Shown: piece by piece, positions 43,006 to 53,722 of the stretch
Numbering within the stretch: position 1 is the first letter of the stretch
Layout of the letters: each line of letters opens with the position of its first letter
Assembly (NCBI GenBank): GCA_963849325.1
Contig: CAWKHF010000004.1
Location: forward strand, 192,001 to 256,000
Direction of reading: 5' to 3'
From: an uncultured Planctomycetota bacterium
GTDB lineage: Bacteria; Planctomycetota; Planctomycetia; Gemmatales; Gemmataceae
DNA: 64,000 nucleotides
The notes under the pieces: generated by a model
Told to the model about the DNA's origin: nothing
Database searches by the model: none
The model's input: only the letters and a program-made list of their open reading frames with translations
Translations under genes and position numbers: made by a program

Positions 43006-43836
43006 CTACATGAAATGGGCGGCCGAGGGCCAAAGGTAATCGTAAAGGTTGTTGAGGAACATGGCGAGGAAGAAGTCGAGCACGAGGATGGCGATGAACG
43101 ACAGCACGAAGGCGCGAGTGGCGGCCCGACCGACGCCCTCGGCGCCGGCGTCGCTGTGAAAGCCGCGGTGGCAGCAAATGACGGCGATGGCGGCACCGAA
43201 AAAGAGCGGCTTGATCAGGCCGGTCACCAGGTCGTACATGCCGACGTATCCCTGGGTATTCTCCCAGTAGTAGTGCGACTCGACGTGATAGACCTCGATG
43301 CAGATGACCGCTCCGCCGAGGACGCCCATGAAGTTGGCCATGATGGTCAAGAGCGGGATGAGCAACATGCAGGCCAGGAAGCGCGGCGTCGCCAGGTAAT
43401 GCACCGGGTTGGTTCCCAGGCAGGCCAGGGCGTCGATCTGCTCGGTGATGCGCATGGTGGCCAACTCGGCGGCCATGGCACTGCCGACGCGGCCGGCGAG
43501 CATGACGGCGGCCAGGACCGGACCCAGCTCGCGCACCACCGAGACGTTGATGATCTGGCCCAGCCGCGTCGCCAGTCCAAGATGAGCGAACTCCGCGTAG
43601 GCCTGCACGGCCAGCACCATGCCGATGAACGTGCCCGTAATCATCACCACCGGAATGCTACGCACGCCGACGGCGTGGCAGATCGGCACGATGGTGTTGT
43701 AACTGGAGCGCCGCCGCGTGCCGGCCAGGATGTGAACGGCGAAAAGGCTAAGGTCGCCCAGATCGATGAGGGCGTCGGCGACCTGCTGGCGGGCGAACCG
43801 CCACAGGCCCAGCGTTTCCCGGCTGACCGTGGCCAT
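43006..43836 (-). CDS. mlaE: MlaE ABC permease
   Basis: RELGPVL, AGRVGS, EQIDAL, GAEGVGRAAT. Confidence 0.9.
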   Translation of the reverse strand: MATVSRETLGLWRFARQQVADALIDLGDLSLFAVHILAGTRRRSSYNTIVPICHAVGVRSIPVVMITGTFIGMVLAVQAYAEFAHLGLATRLGQIINVSVVRELGPVLAAVMLAGRVGSAMAAELATMRITEQIDALACLGTNPVHYLATPRFLACMLLIPLLTIMANFMGVLGGAVICIEVYHVESHYYWENTQGYVGMYDLVTGLIKPLFFGAAIAVICCHRGFHSDAGAEGVGRAATRAFVLSFIAILVLDFFLAMFLNNLYDYLWPSAAHFM

Positions 43837-43864
43837 CCTAACCCCCAAAATCGGTACGAAGTTC

Positions 43865-43920
43865 TCGTTTAGCCGCGACGCGCAGCGGAGCGCGCTCCGC
43901 TGCGCGTCGCGGCTAAACGA
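43865..43920. repeat. REP family A, perfect 56-bp spacerless palindrome
   Basis: TCGTTTAGCCGCGACGCGCAGCGGAGCG|CGCTCCGCTGCGCGTCGCGGCTAAACGA. Confidence 0.9.
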
Positions 43921-43956
43921 ATGTCGTCCTTTGTCCTTCGTCCTTCGTACTTATTT

Positions 43957-44824
43957 TCATCCCCAGTACGCCACCGGATGCCCGTTGTGCCATTGCACCC
44001 AGACCCGGTAGCGACTGTCCCAGGCGATGCCGGAGAACGGCACGTCTGGGCTTGGCGCTTCCTGTAGGACCGGCACCGGCTCGGGCTGCGCGATCGGCTG
44101 GGCCGCGCGCCGCTGAGCGTGGAGCCGGCGCACGCCCATCAATTCGAGCTGGCCGGCGAACAGGACGAACGCGGCCAGCAGGATCGGCATGGGGCTGAGC
44201 ACGAGCAGCGACAGACAGGCGATGAGGATCGCCATTCCCACTCCGACGCGGGCGGCTAACTCGGTCGCTCGCAGGTGCCCCAGTCGCAGCGACAGCAGCG
44301 CCCGCAGCACCCGGCCGCCGTCCATCGGGAAGCACGGCAATAGGTTGAAGACAAGTAGTGCCACGTTGGCCGACCACAGCAAGACGCCGAAACGGACCCC
44401 AGTGGCGATCGGACCCAGTTCGGGATTGAACAGCACGTCGCCGCCTCGGGCAGCCGGACAGGACCGCCAGCAAAGCCACGGGTGCCAAAAGGGCGGCGAG
44501 GACGAGGTTGACCGCCGGACCCGCCAGGGCGATGCAAATCTCCTCGGACGGCTTCTCGCTCATGCGCTCCAGCCGGGCGACGCCGCCGATGGGGTAAAGG
44601 GTGATGCTGTCGGTGCCGATGCCGAAGAAGCGGGCCATGAGGGCATGACCCAGTTCGTGCAACACCACGCAGCTAAACAGGGCGATCAACCAGATCAACA
44701 GGAACAGCGCGTTCGCCAGGCCGCCGCCGTTGGTCAACAGCAGCCAGGCCGGCAACAGGAAGAACGTCGAGTGGACGTACAGGGGGATGCCGAACAGTTT
44801 GCCTAGTTGGAAAGATCGCAGCAT
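43957..44824 (-). CDS. Site-2 protease (M50) (frameshift near 44445)
   Basis: [25 protein letters not shown]. Confidence 0.9.
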
Positions 44825-45252
44825 GGACGGTCCTGCTTTCGTTGGGAAGCTCTAGCAATCGAAGCTGTTGTGCTTGTGCGCGAGAATGGTTCACCCGGGG
44901 GGATTTTTTTCTCGGCGCGGCGATTTTTTCTCAAGTTTCGCCTTCTCTCGCGGTCACAGCGAAGCCGCTCGCGCCTACAATTATTGTAGGGAGGAGAGGC
45001 GACCCGCGAGACGAAAAACCAGCCGGCAGGGACGCCGACAGGTGAGAGGATCTCCGAACCTTTTGCGAGCCGCCAACCCTCCACGCCTTGACGGCCCTCC
45101 CAGCCTTTCGACCGACGCCTCCGGGGGCAACCGGGCGATTCGGCGGAAGAGACACATGGAGGGATGGGCCGCCCTCGAGGATCCCGGTTGCGAGCCAGCC
45201 GACCAATGGGGGTGCCGGCCCCGCTCGCACAGCTCCCAGCAGGAGACTCAAC

Positions 45253-45728
45253 GTGAAACGGCAACCCAAAGGGGCCAAAGAACGATCTCAGACCATCCAG
45301 GTCTGGACCTACGAGCAAGCGACGGGCGCCGCGCCCTATATTTCCTCCATCCTTCGTTCGCTGCGCGAGCACGCCCTGGAGGCGCTGCAACACTATCATC
45401 GGGCCAAGCGTCTCGCCAACCGTCCCGGCCGGCCCAGTCGCGCCGCCATCATTGCCCAGCAGGAAGCCGAACGCGAGGCCCATCGGGCCGACGATCGCTT
45501 CCGCGACGCCCTCGACGAACTCCAGGAAATGGACATCTACACGCTCGACCCCATCCAGGGTCAAGCTCTCGTTCCCTTCGTCCACAACGACCAGTTGGCC
45601 TGGTATATTTTCGACCTGTTCGACGCCCAGCCACTGCGCTTCTGCGCTTCCAGAGCGATCCGGACGATACGCGCCGTCCCGTGACCTCCCTGCAAAAGGG
45701 GGCGGCACCGGCATCGCAGATCGTGTGA
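45253..45728 (+). CDS. DUF2203-like protein (frameshift near 45645)
   Basis: AGGAG SD; WTYEQA..AAP; DPIQG..PF; ends FQSDPDDTRRPV in the second frame. Confidence 0.6.
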
Positions 45729-45810
45729 ACGTCTTCGCCTCGGTCTCTCCGCACACAAGGGCGTCTCTTCGGGGGCGCCCTTCTGTGTTTGTGTAAACGA
45801 GGGATATTCC

Positions 45811-45875
45811 GTTTAGCCGCGACGCGCAGCGGAGCGCGGGAGAGTCCCGCGCTCCGCTGCGCGTCGCGGCTAAAC
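45811..45875. repeat. REP-like palindrome (family A)
   Basis: GTTTAGCCGCGACGCGCAGCGGAGCGCGGGA...TCCCGCGCTCCGCTGCGCGTCGCGGCTAAAC. Confidence 0.9.
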
Positions 45876-45902
45876 AAAGTTATGAACGGAGCTCGCACCC
45901 TC

Positions 45903-46577
45903 ATGCGCGTTCAACTCCCCACCGACTGGAAGACGGTCCTGGCGGATGAATTGAAGAAGCCTTATTTCCACAAGCTCAAAGAATTCGTCGATGCCGAGCG
46001 CGAGGCCCACACGGTCTATCCGCCGGAAGGAGACGTGTTCAACGCCTTCAAGCTGACACCCTACGAGCGCGTCCAGGTGCTTCTCCTGGGGCAAGATCCC
46101 TACCACGACGAGGGCCAGGCGCACGGTTTATGCTTCTCGGTCAAGCCGGAGGTCAAACGGCCGCCATCGCTGGTCAACATCTTCAAGGAGTTGCAGCACG
46201 ACCTGGGCTGTCCCATACCCAACAACGGCTACCTGGTGCCGTGGGCCGAGCACGGCGTCATGCTGCTCAACGCCGTCCTCACCGTCCGCGCGCACAAACC
46301 CGCCTCGCACGCCAACCACGGCTGGGAGACCTTCACCGACGCCGTCATTCGCGCCCTCAACGACCGGCCGCGTCCCCTCGTCTTTCTGCTGTGGGGCGCC
46401 TACGCCCAGAAGAAGAGCAAGCTCATCGACACCGACCGCCATCGCATCGTGACGGCGGCGCATCCGTCGCCGCTGTCGTTCAAGAAGTTCCTCGGCAGCA
46501 AATGCTTTTCCGCCGCCAACAACGCCCTGGAAGAGCTGGGCGAAACGCCGATCGATTGGCAACTGCCCGACGTGTGA
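45903..46577 (+). CDS. ung: Uracil-DNA glycosylase family 1
   Basis: GQDPYH, PPSL, LLN, HPSPLS. Confidence 0.95.
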   Translation: MRVQLPTDWKTVLADELKKPYFHKLKEFVDAEREAHTVYPPEGDVFNAFKLTPYERVQVLLLGQDPYHDEGQAHGLCFSVKPEVKRPPSLVNIFKELQHDLGCPIPNNGYLVPWAEHGVMLLNAVLTVRAHKPASHANHGWETFTDAVIRALNDRPRPLVFLLWGAYAQKKSKLIDTDRHRIVTAAHPSPLSFKKFLGSKCFSAANNALEELGETPIDWQLPDV

Positions 46578-46585
46578 GGGACACA

Positions 46586-49135
46586 TCAGGGCGCGGCGGA
46601 AGGACGGAGGGCGAGGCGGTCGAGCGCGGCCTTCGCTTCCCGCGTCAGACGTGCCTCGGGGAACCCGTCGGCGAGGGTCTGGAGAACCTGCCGGGCCTCG
46701 CGGGAACCGATGTGCTCCAGCACTTCCACCGCGCGCAGCGGACGAGCCGTCTCGGCGGAGGGACAAAGCAGTTTCTCCAGAAGCGCATCGATGCGGCGGC
46801 GCACTTCCAGGGTAGGCATCCCTTGTAACGCCTGGCGCAGAGAGGATTCGGCCGCCTCACCCAGCTTTTCCAGCTCCCCAAGGGCCTCATCGCGGACGGC
46901 GAATTCGTCGGCGTCCAGCTTGCGGATCAGCTCGGCCAGGCGCTTCTTTTCGACCGGCTGCGCGGGCCGAAGGTGCTCGCTCAGCAACGGCAGCGCCTGG
47001 GCGGGATCGGCGCGGAGAGCGTGCATGGCTTGATACGCTCCGGCCGCATCCCCGGCCAGATCCTTCCAGGCGGTTTGCACGACCAGGCGCGGAATGGCCG
47101 GCAAGCCGTCCCGCACGATTCGGGCCACGTCCCAGACGAGGACCGACGTGTCCTCGCCTCCAGAGTAGAGCCATTTGCCGTCGGGGGAGAAGACCAGGGC
47201 GTTGACGTTGCCGCGATGCCCCGCCAGCTGCTTCCGTTCCGTGCCGGTCGCCAAGTCCCACAGTCGCAGCGTGCCATCGCGGGCGGCCGAAGCGAGGAGG
47301 CGGCCGTCCGGCGAAAAGGCGACGGCGAGCGTCGGCTGGGTATGACCCTGGAGGCGCAGACGCTCCTGGCCCGTGGCGGTTTCCCACACGGAAATCGTCT
47401 TCTCGCGGTTGAGGGCCAGCATTCGGCCATCCGCCGACAGTGCCAGGCGAGCACGGTTGGAATAATTGAGGCGATCGGCGTCGATCCGAAGCATCCGGGC
47501 ATTCATGGCGGCGGTCAACTGTGGCAGCTCTTCGCCCCGGCTCACGTCCCAGGCGCGAACGTCGGTTCCCTCGGGCGTTCGGGTCGCCGCGAAGACGAAA
47601 CGACCGTCGGCGGAGAAGGCAACCGCTTCCACGAAAGGCGACTCACATTTCAGACAACGCATTCGCTGGCCTGTCCGCGCGTTCCATAGGCAGACCGTTC
47701 CCTCCCAACTTCCGGTCGCCAGGGATCGACCATCGGGAGAGAAGGCGACGGTGGAGAGGCGTTCTCCCTTCTGTCCGGGGTAGGCCGGCTTGCCCTCGAC
47801 GGGAGCCTCGATCCGGCGGACTTCCTTGCCGGTAACGGTATCCCACAAGGAGAGAGAACCTAGCCGACTGACCACGGCCAACGTCTTCCCGTCGGGAGCA
47901 CAGGCGCAGTCGGTCAGCCCCGTGCTGGCGGGCGCGAAGCAATGGCGCTCCACGCCGGTGTTCGTTTCCCACAGGCGCACCCCGTCGGGGCTCAGCGAGG
48001 CCAAGCGCCGTCCGTCCGGCGAACGAACGACCGCCTCCACCGGCCAATGATGGCCGCTTGGCGGATCGATCTCCTTGCCCGTGGCCACTTCCCAGCGACG
48101 AATGACAGAGCCTCCCGCGAACAGGATCTTGCCATCGCGGGAAAAGGCCAGACAGCTGGCGCCTCCGGCGAACGAGTGCAGTCGTTCGCCGGTGGTCCCA
48201 TTCCACAAATGGATGCGGGCGGCGGTACCAGGGGACACCTCCACGGAGGCCAGCCGTTTGCCATCGGGGGAAAGGGCCACAGCGGTGACCAGGGGGAGCC
48301 TGGCTTGCAGTTGGCGGACTTCCTTATCGTCCGCCAGGCTCCAAAGGGAGATGTGGCCTGGTCCGGTGCCGTTGAGACCGCGGATTCCCGCCGCCAGGAA
48401 TCGGCCATCGCCGGACAGGCCCAGTGAATCGACAAGCCTCCCCTCGCCGAGGTTGAGGACGGGTCGCTCCTTCCACGAGGCCGTGTCCCAGCGATGGACC
48501 GTGCTGTTCGTCTGCCCCCCGGCGATCAGGGTCTTACCGTCCGGCGTGAAGGCGAAGAGGACAATGTCCAGGCGTCTGCGGGGCCACGGCCGCGAGACGA
48601 TTTCCGCTCCCGTAGTTGCATTCCACACATGAAGGTTCTTCGCGTCGCAAGTGACCAGCATCTGGCCGTCGGGGGAAAAACCCAGGCCGAGCTTCAGGCC
48701 GTTCTTGCCGTACTTCTCCCCCTTGAACCATCGCCGTTCCCGCCCCGTGGCGGCATCCCAAAGACGAATCCCCTCTTCGGAAGTGGTCGCCAGGATGCCG
48801 TCCGAAGAGAGGGCGAGGTAGTGACGGCCCGAACCGCCGGGAAGGCGATGCAGCAGCCGTCCCGTGGCCATCTCCCAGACGCAGAAGGTAGGGCCCCGGA
48901 AGGGGGTGCTGCCGGAAATCAGCGTCTTGCCATCCGGACAGGGGATCAACGCTTGAACGCCATCGCCGGAACGGAAGTGGATCGAGCCAAGCCGGCGGAC
49001 GCACTCCGCCGGAAGAGGATCGCCAAACGCATCGACGCGCTCCGCTTTCGGCTCGGCGGTCCCTAACCGAGACAGGCTCGGCGGCGGCGCAAGGAACAGC
49101 GCCGCGGCGACGATTCCGCGCGAAAGATACCTCAT
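46586..49135 (-). CDS. WD40-repeat protein, planctomycete type
   Basis: DAFGDPLP..RLG, many FSPDG/WD repeats, C-terminal RAVEVLEHIG..EAKAAL. Confidence 0.88.
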   Translation of the reverse strand: MRYLSRGIVAAALFLAPPPSLSRLGTAEPKAERVDAFGDPLPAECVRRLGSIHFRSGDGVQALIPCPDGKTLISGSTPFRGPTFCVWEMATGRLLHRLPGGSGRHYLALSSDGILATTSEEGIRLWDAATGRERRWFKGEKYGKNGLKLGLGFSPDGQMLVTCDAKNLHVWNATTGAEIVSRPWPRRRLDIVLFAFTPDGKTLIAGGQTNSTVHRWDTASWKERPVLNLGEGRLVDSLGLSGDGRFLAAGIRGLNGTGPGHISLWSLADDKEVRQLQARLPLVTAVALSPDGKRLASVEVSPGTAARIHLWNGTTGERLHSFAGGASCLAFSRDGKILFAGGSVIRRWEVATGKEIDPPSGHHWPVEAVVRSPDGRRLASLSPDGVRLWETNTGVERHCFAPASTGLTDCACAPDGKTLAVVSRLGSLSLWDTVTGKEVRRIEAPVEGKPAYPGQKGERLSTVAFSPDGRSLATGSWEGTVCLWNARTGQRMRCLKCESPFVEAVAFSADGRFVFAATRTPEGTDVRAWDVSRGEELPQLTAAMNARMLRIDADRLNYSNRARLALSADGRMLALNREKTISVWETATGQERLRLQGHTQPTLAVAFSPDGRLLASAARDGTLRLWDLATGTERKQLAGHRGNVNALVFSPDGKWLYSGGEDTSVLVWDVARIVRDGLPAIPRLVVQTAWKDLAGDAAGAYQAMHALRADPAQALPLLSEHLRPAQPVEKKRLAELIRKLDADEFAVRDEALGELEKLGEAAESSLRQALQGMPTLEVRRRIDALLEKLLCPSAETARPLRAVEVLEHIGSREARQVLQTLADGFPEARLTREAKAALDRLALRPSAAP

Positions 49136-49298
49136 GAACGACCTCCCCGAAGGACGGGCTTTTCCTCTGTTGTACCTCATGGGAACGACGCTGGGAACCA
49201 TGTTGTAGACCTTCGCTCGCGCTTTGCCGACCTTTTCTTTTTATCTGTACAAGCGTATAATTAGAGATAGAAAGGGTGAGGAAAGAAGAGGGGGATTC

Positions 49299-50162
49299 AT
49301 GGACAACGCAACCATCGCACGCAAGCTGAACGACTACGCGACGTACCTGGAAGGCGAAGACTCGAACGTGTATCGAGTGCGCGCCTATCGCCGGGCCGCA
49401 GCGACGGTGCTGGCGCAGGAACGATCGCTGGCCGAGGTAGTGAATGAGAAGGGCCGAGCCGGGCTGGAAGAGTTGCCAGGCATCGGGGCCAGCCTGGCGT
49501 ACACGATCGAGGGACTGGTCCGCACCGGCGCGTTCCGCACATTGCGGCCGGACGCCGGCCATGTCGATCCGGAACGTTTGCTGACCAGCCTGCCGGGCGT
49601 CGGCCGACAGTTGGCCCACGTCCTGCACGAACAGCTCGGCATCACCACGCTGGAAGAGCTAGAGCGGGCCGCCCATGATGGCCGGTTGGTCCAGGTTGGC
49701 GTGGGTCCGAAACGACTGCGCGGTCTGATCAACGCGCTGGCCGGACGTCTGCGTCGGAGCCGACTGCCGGAGCCGACTCGCGGCGAGCCGCCCGTGGCGG
49801 ACCTGCTCGCCGTCGATGAGGAATACCGTCGCCAGGCCGACCGCGATACGCTGCCCACGCTCACGCCGCGCCGCTTCAACCCGGAGCATGAACCGTGGCT
49901 GCCGTTGTTGGTCGCGGATCGCGCCGGCTGGCGTTTCCGCGCCCTCTTCTCGAACACGGCCCTGGCCCATCGGCTGAACAAGACGCACGATTGGGTCGTG
50001 ATCGCGTTCCACGATGGTTTCACTTCGAGTCAACGTACCGTGGTGACGGAGACGCGCGGCGACCTGCGCGGCCGCCGCGTGGTGCGCGGCCGCGAACGCG
50101 AGTGTCGGGTACACTACCAGGGACTTGCGCCGGTGCCGACCGGACCCGACACGGCGGCCTAA
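49299..50162 (+). CDS. Helix-hairpin-helix protein with PolX-like N-terminus and unknown C-terminal domain
   Basis: DNATIA..L, YRVRAYRRAA, LPGIG, LPGVG, GVGPK; no palm or PHP motifs. Confidence 0.75.
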   Translation: MDNATIARKLNDYATYLEGEDSNVYRVRAYRRAAATVLAQERSLAEVVNEKGRAGLEELPGIGASLAYTIEGLVRTGAFRTLRPDAGHVDPERLLTSLPGVGRQLAHVLHEQLGITTLEELERAAHDGRLVQVGVGPKRLRGLINALAGRLRRSRLPEPTRGEPPVADLLAVDEEYRRQADRDTLPTLTPRRFNPEHEPWLPLLVADRAGWRFRALFSNTALAHRLNKTHDWVVIAFHDGFTSSQRTVVTETRGDLRGRRVVRGRERECRVHYQGLAPVPTGPDTAA

Positions 50163-50171
50163 CCAAACGCC

Positions 50172-50249
50172 TCCGAGCCTGAAGCGTAAGCGAAGAAGAA
50201 CGGCAACCAAAGGTTGCCGTTCTTCTTCGCTTACGCTTCAGGCTCGGAA
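50172..50249. repeat. REP-like palindrome (family B variant)
   Basis: GAGCCTGAAGCGTAAGCGAAGAAGAACGGCAACC...GGTTGCCGTTCTTCTTCGCTTACGCTTCAGGCTC. Confidence 0.88.
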
Positions 50250-50335
50250 GGAAGAACTTGGCGCGGCGCGGACACCTTGCATAATGGGAGTGTGGGCCAA
50301 TCCCCAAGCGGCCCCTTCTCGAAAGCACCGCAGCC

Positions 50336-52105
50336 ATGCTCCGTTTCCGCGTCTACAATCGGCAAGAACGCCAGGAAGTCGAGCACCCTTCCGGCCCCAT
50401 CGAGTTCGGGCGCGGCGGGCCGCGCAACAATGTGCCGCGCTGCATCATCCAGGATCTGTACGTCTCCAAGGACCACATCCGCGTCGTCGAACTGGAGAAC
50501 GGAAAGGTCCGCGTCGAAAACCTCAGCCAGCGCAATTCGATCCGCCTGGCCGACAACAGCGTCATCGCCACCGGCAGCAGCCGCGAGGTGACGACGCCGA
50601 TCCATCTCACGGTCGGCGAGACCACACTGGAGATCGACGGACCCGGACCCGGTTCCGGGGAACGACTGCTGCAAACCATCGCCACGCCCTTGCCCTACCG
50701 GACGGACCACTCCACGCACCGCAGTCTGATGGACCTGGGCCGGTCGCCCACGCCGGAGACGCTGGCCCGGTGGTTCGAGACGGTCATCGCCGTGCAGCGT
50801 TCCGCGGCCGGCTCGCCGGAGTTCTACCAGCAGACGGCGCGAGCGGTGGTCACACTGGTCGGGCTGGATCGAGGCATGGTCCTGCTGCGCCGCGAGGGCC
50901 GTTGGATGGTGCAGGCGCGCTACCCCGAGGACGCGGACTACCCCGGCCGCGAGTTCAGCCTGACTACGATTGAGCGCGTCGAGCGCGAACGGCGCACTTT
51001 CTTTCACACCGCCGAATCGATGCCGTCGGCGACGGAGAGCCTGCAAGGCGTCGAGGCGGTCGCCGCCTCGCCGGTCTTCGACTCCAACGATCAGGTAGTC
51101 GGGGCCGTCTACGGCATCCGCAATCGCCTGACGCCCCATGCCGGCCTGGGCATCGGTTCGCTGGAAGCGCAGGTGTTGCAGCTGCTGGCCTCGGCGGTCG
51201 GCGTCGGCCTGGCCCGGCAGGAGCAGGAAGCGCGGGCCACGCGCCGACTGGTGCAGTTGGAGCAGTTCTTCCCCGGCGACCTGGCCCGTGAGATGGAGCA
51301 AAACCCGCATGTCCTCGACGGCCAGGAACGCGAGGTGACGGTGCTGTTCAGCGACATCCGCGGCTTTTCGCGGACGTCGGAACGGCTCGGCCCCAGCGAC
51401 ATTTGCCGCCTCGTCTCGGATGTCATGGAACGCCTGACGGCCCGCGTGCAGGAGACGGGCGGCGTCGTGGTCCACTACGCTGGCGATGGTTTGATGGCCT
51501 TGTGGAATGCGCCCAAAGACGTGCCCGATCACGCGGCGCGGGCTTGCCGGGCCGCGCTGGCGATGCAGGCCGACCTGCCGTCGTTGGACGCCGAATGGAA
51601 GGCGCGGCTCGGCGGGCCGGTGCGGCTGGGCATCGGCCTGAACACCGGCCTCGCCCTGTGCGGCAACACCGGCAGTAAGAAGAAGTTTCATTACGGCGCC
51701 CTGGGCCACGCCGTCAATCTGGCCAGCCGCGTCGAGGGCGCCACCAAGCAGCTCGGCACCCCGATCCTGATTACCGGCTCGACGCACGCCCAGATCGGCG
51801 ACGGCTTCGCCACGCGGCGGCTGTGCCGGGCGCGCCTGGTCGGCATCGACGGCGCCAACGACCTGCACGAGTTGCACGCGGAAAACGCCACGGAGGACTG
51901 GCGCGAATGGCACGCGACCTACGAACGCGGGCTGGCCCTGTACGAGGCCGGACGCTTTCTGGAGGCGTGCCGCACGCTGCACACGCTGTTGTTCGGCGAA
52001 TCCGAGCACGACCGTCCCACGCTGAAGTTGCTGGCCCGCGCCACGCAGGCGCTGTGCGAACCGCCCGAGCACTTCGACCCGGTAATTGACCTGGACTACA
52101 AATAG
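50336..52105 (+). CDS. FHA-GAF-class III adenylate/guanylate cyclase
   Basis: FGR..VSKDH FHA; LFSDIRGFS, AGDGLM, GIGLNTG, VNLASRVE. Confidence 0.88.
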   Translation: MLRFRVYNRQERQEVEHPSGPIEFGRGGPRNNVPRCIIQDLYVSKDHIRVVELENGKVRVENLSQRNSIRLADNSVIATGSSREVTTPIHLTVGETTLEIDGPGPGSGERLLQTIATPLPYRTDHSTHRSLMDLGRSPTPETLARWFETVIAVQRSAAGSPEFYQQTARAVVTLVGLDRGMVLLRREGRWMVQARYPEDADYPGREFSLTTIERVERERRTFFHTAESMPSATESLQGVEAVAASPVFDSNDQVVGAVYGIRNRLTPHAGLGIGSLEAQVLQLLASAVGVGLARQEQEARATRRLVQLEQFFPGDLAREMEQNPHVLDGQEREVTVLFSDIRGFSRTSERLGPSDICRLVSDVMERLTARVQETGGVVVHYAGDGLMALWNAPKDVPDHAARACRAALAMQADLPSLDAEWKARLGGPVRLGIGLNTGLALCGNTGSKKKFHYGALGHAVNLASRVEGATKQLGTPILITGSTHAQIGDGFATRRLCRARLVGIDGANDLHELHAENATEDWREWHATYERGLALYEAGRFLEACRTLHTLLFGESEHDRPTLKLLARATQALCEPPEHFDPVIDLDYK

Positions 52106-52113
52106 GGAGGACC

Positions 52114-53517
52114 ATGCGCCACTTCGCTTGCCTGTGCTGGATGCTGGCCCTGGGATGCGGCTCGACGGAGACGCCCGCGCAACCCGCCGCGTCCCAGGCC
52201 GCGCTACCGTCGGACCTGCGCACGCGCGTCACAGGGAGCGATTGGCCGCGCTTCCTCGGACCGAGCGGCGACAGCGTTTCCACTGAGAAGGGCATCGTGT
52301 CGCCCTGGCCGGAGGCGGGGCCGCGCCTCGTCTGGCACCGGCGCCTCGGCGAGGGTTACGGCATGCCGGCCATCCGTCGCGGCCGGCTGTTCGTCTTCGA
52401 TCGCGCTCAAGACCGCGCCCGCCTCCGCTGCTGGAAGAGCGAGACCGGCGAGCCGCTGTGGGCCTTCGACTATCCCACCGATTACAAGGACCTGTACAAC
52501 TACAACGGCGGACCGCGCTGCTGTCCCGTGGTGGACGACGATCGCGTCTACATTTACGGTGTCGAAGGCATGTTGCACTGCCTCCGCGCCGAGGATGGCA
52601 AGGTGCTCTGGAAGGTCGATACCGTTTCGGAATTCCACGTCCTGCAAAACTTCTTTGGCGTCGGCAGCACGCCCGTCATTGAGGGCGATTTGCTTCTCGT
52701 CCAGGTCGGCGGCAGTCCGCGAGACGACCCGGCGAAGACCATCTACGATCGGCCCAGGTCCGATGGCAGCAGCCTGGTCGCCTTCGAGAAACATACCGGC
52801 AAGGTCCGCTATCGTGCCGGCGACGAGTTGGCCGGTTACGCCGGCCCGGTGCTGGCGACAGTCGGCGGACGACGCTGGTGCTTCCTCTTCGCTCGCGGCG
52901 GTCTGCTCGGTCTGGACCCGACCAACGGCAAGGTCGATTTCCACTACCCCTGGCGGGCCCGCGTCCTCGAAAGCGTCAACGCCAGCAACCCCGTCGTCGT
53001 CGGCGACCGCGTTTTCCTCTCCGAGACCTACGGTCCCGGCAGCGCACTCTTGGAGATCAAGCCGGGCGCGTGCAAGGAGGTATGGACCGACAAGGACAAG
53101 GGTCTGCGCGAAAAGAGCATGCAATGCCACTGGAACACGCCTATCGCCGTGGACGGCTACCTGTATGGATGCAGCGGCCGGCACCTGGAAAACGCCGAGC
53201 TGCGCTGCATCGAGTGGGCCACCGGCAAGGTCATGTGGCGCAAGCGCGGCCTGACCCGTACCTCGCTGTTGCTCGTGGACAAGCACTTCATCTGCCTGGG
53301 CGAAGATGGTATCCTGCGGCTGCTGAAAGTGAATCCGGAGAAGTACGAGGAGGTGTCGAGCGTCGAGTTGAAGCTGCCGGGCGCGGACGGCAAACCCGAT
53401 CCACAGGCGGGGCCGCTGCTGCGCGAGCCTTGCTGGGCGGCGCCGATTTTGTCGCACGGTCTGCTGTACCTGCGCGGGGCCGACCGCCTCGTCTGCCTGG
53501 AACTGATTCCGAAATAG
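52114..53517 (+). CDS. PQQ-like beta-propeller exported protein
   Basis: Signal peptide, DWPRFLGP, repeated TG..W motifs. Confidence 0.85.
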   Translation: MRHFACLCWMLALGCGSTETPAQPAASQAALPSDLRTRVTGSDWPRFLGPSGDSVSTEKGIVSPWPEAGPRLVWHRRLGEGYGMPAIRRGRLFVFDRAQDRARLRCWKSETGEPLWAFDYPTDYKDLYNYNGGPRCCPVVDDDRVYIYGVEGMLHCLRAEDGKVLWKVDTVSEFHVLQNFFGVGSTPVIEGDLLLVQVGGSPRDDPAKTIYDRPRSDGSSLVAFEKHTGKVRYRAGDELAGYAGPVLATVGGRRWCFLFARGGLLGLDPTNGKVDFHYPWRARVLESVNASNPVVVGDRVFLSETYGPGSALLEIKPGACKEVWTDKDKGLREKSMQCHWNTPIAVDGYLYGCSGRHLENAELRCIEWATGKVMWRKRGLTRTSLLLVDKHFICLGEDGILRLLKVNPEKYEEVSSVELKLPGADGKPDPQAGPLLREPCWAAPILSHGLLYLRGADRLVCLELIPK

Positions 53518-53558
53518 CCGCTTGCGGCTTAGCGTTCGCCGGCCTGCTAAGCCGCAAG
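53516..53558. repeat. REP-like palindrome (family C), uninterrupted
   Basis: GCCGCTTGCGGCTTAGC...GCTAAGCCGCAAG. Confidence 0.75.
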
Positions 53559-53722
53559 GTAGCGATTCACGGGCGTAGTCGCATCCCTACGACCACCAAC
53601 GGCGCGCACCCTCACGCAGGCCAACCTGTAGTCGCCGCCTTTGGTCTAGACAATGGGGTCCACTTGAGGAGCCGACGGAGGCCGCAGGCCCGTCGCGGCT
53701 GGATTGGTCCTGGAGAGCACCC

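Noticed and set aside
49299-50162. Functional DNA polymerase X
   Set aside because: Lacks the GSxRR/DxD palm and the PHP domain
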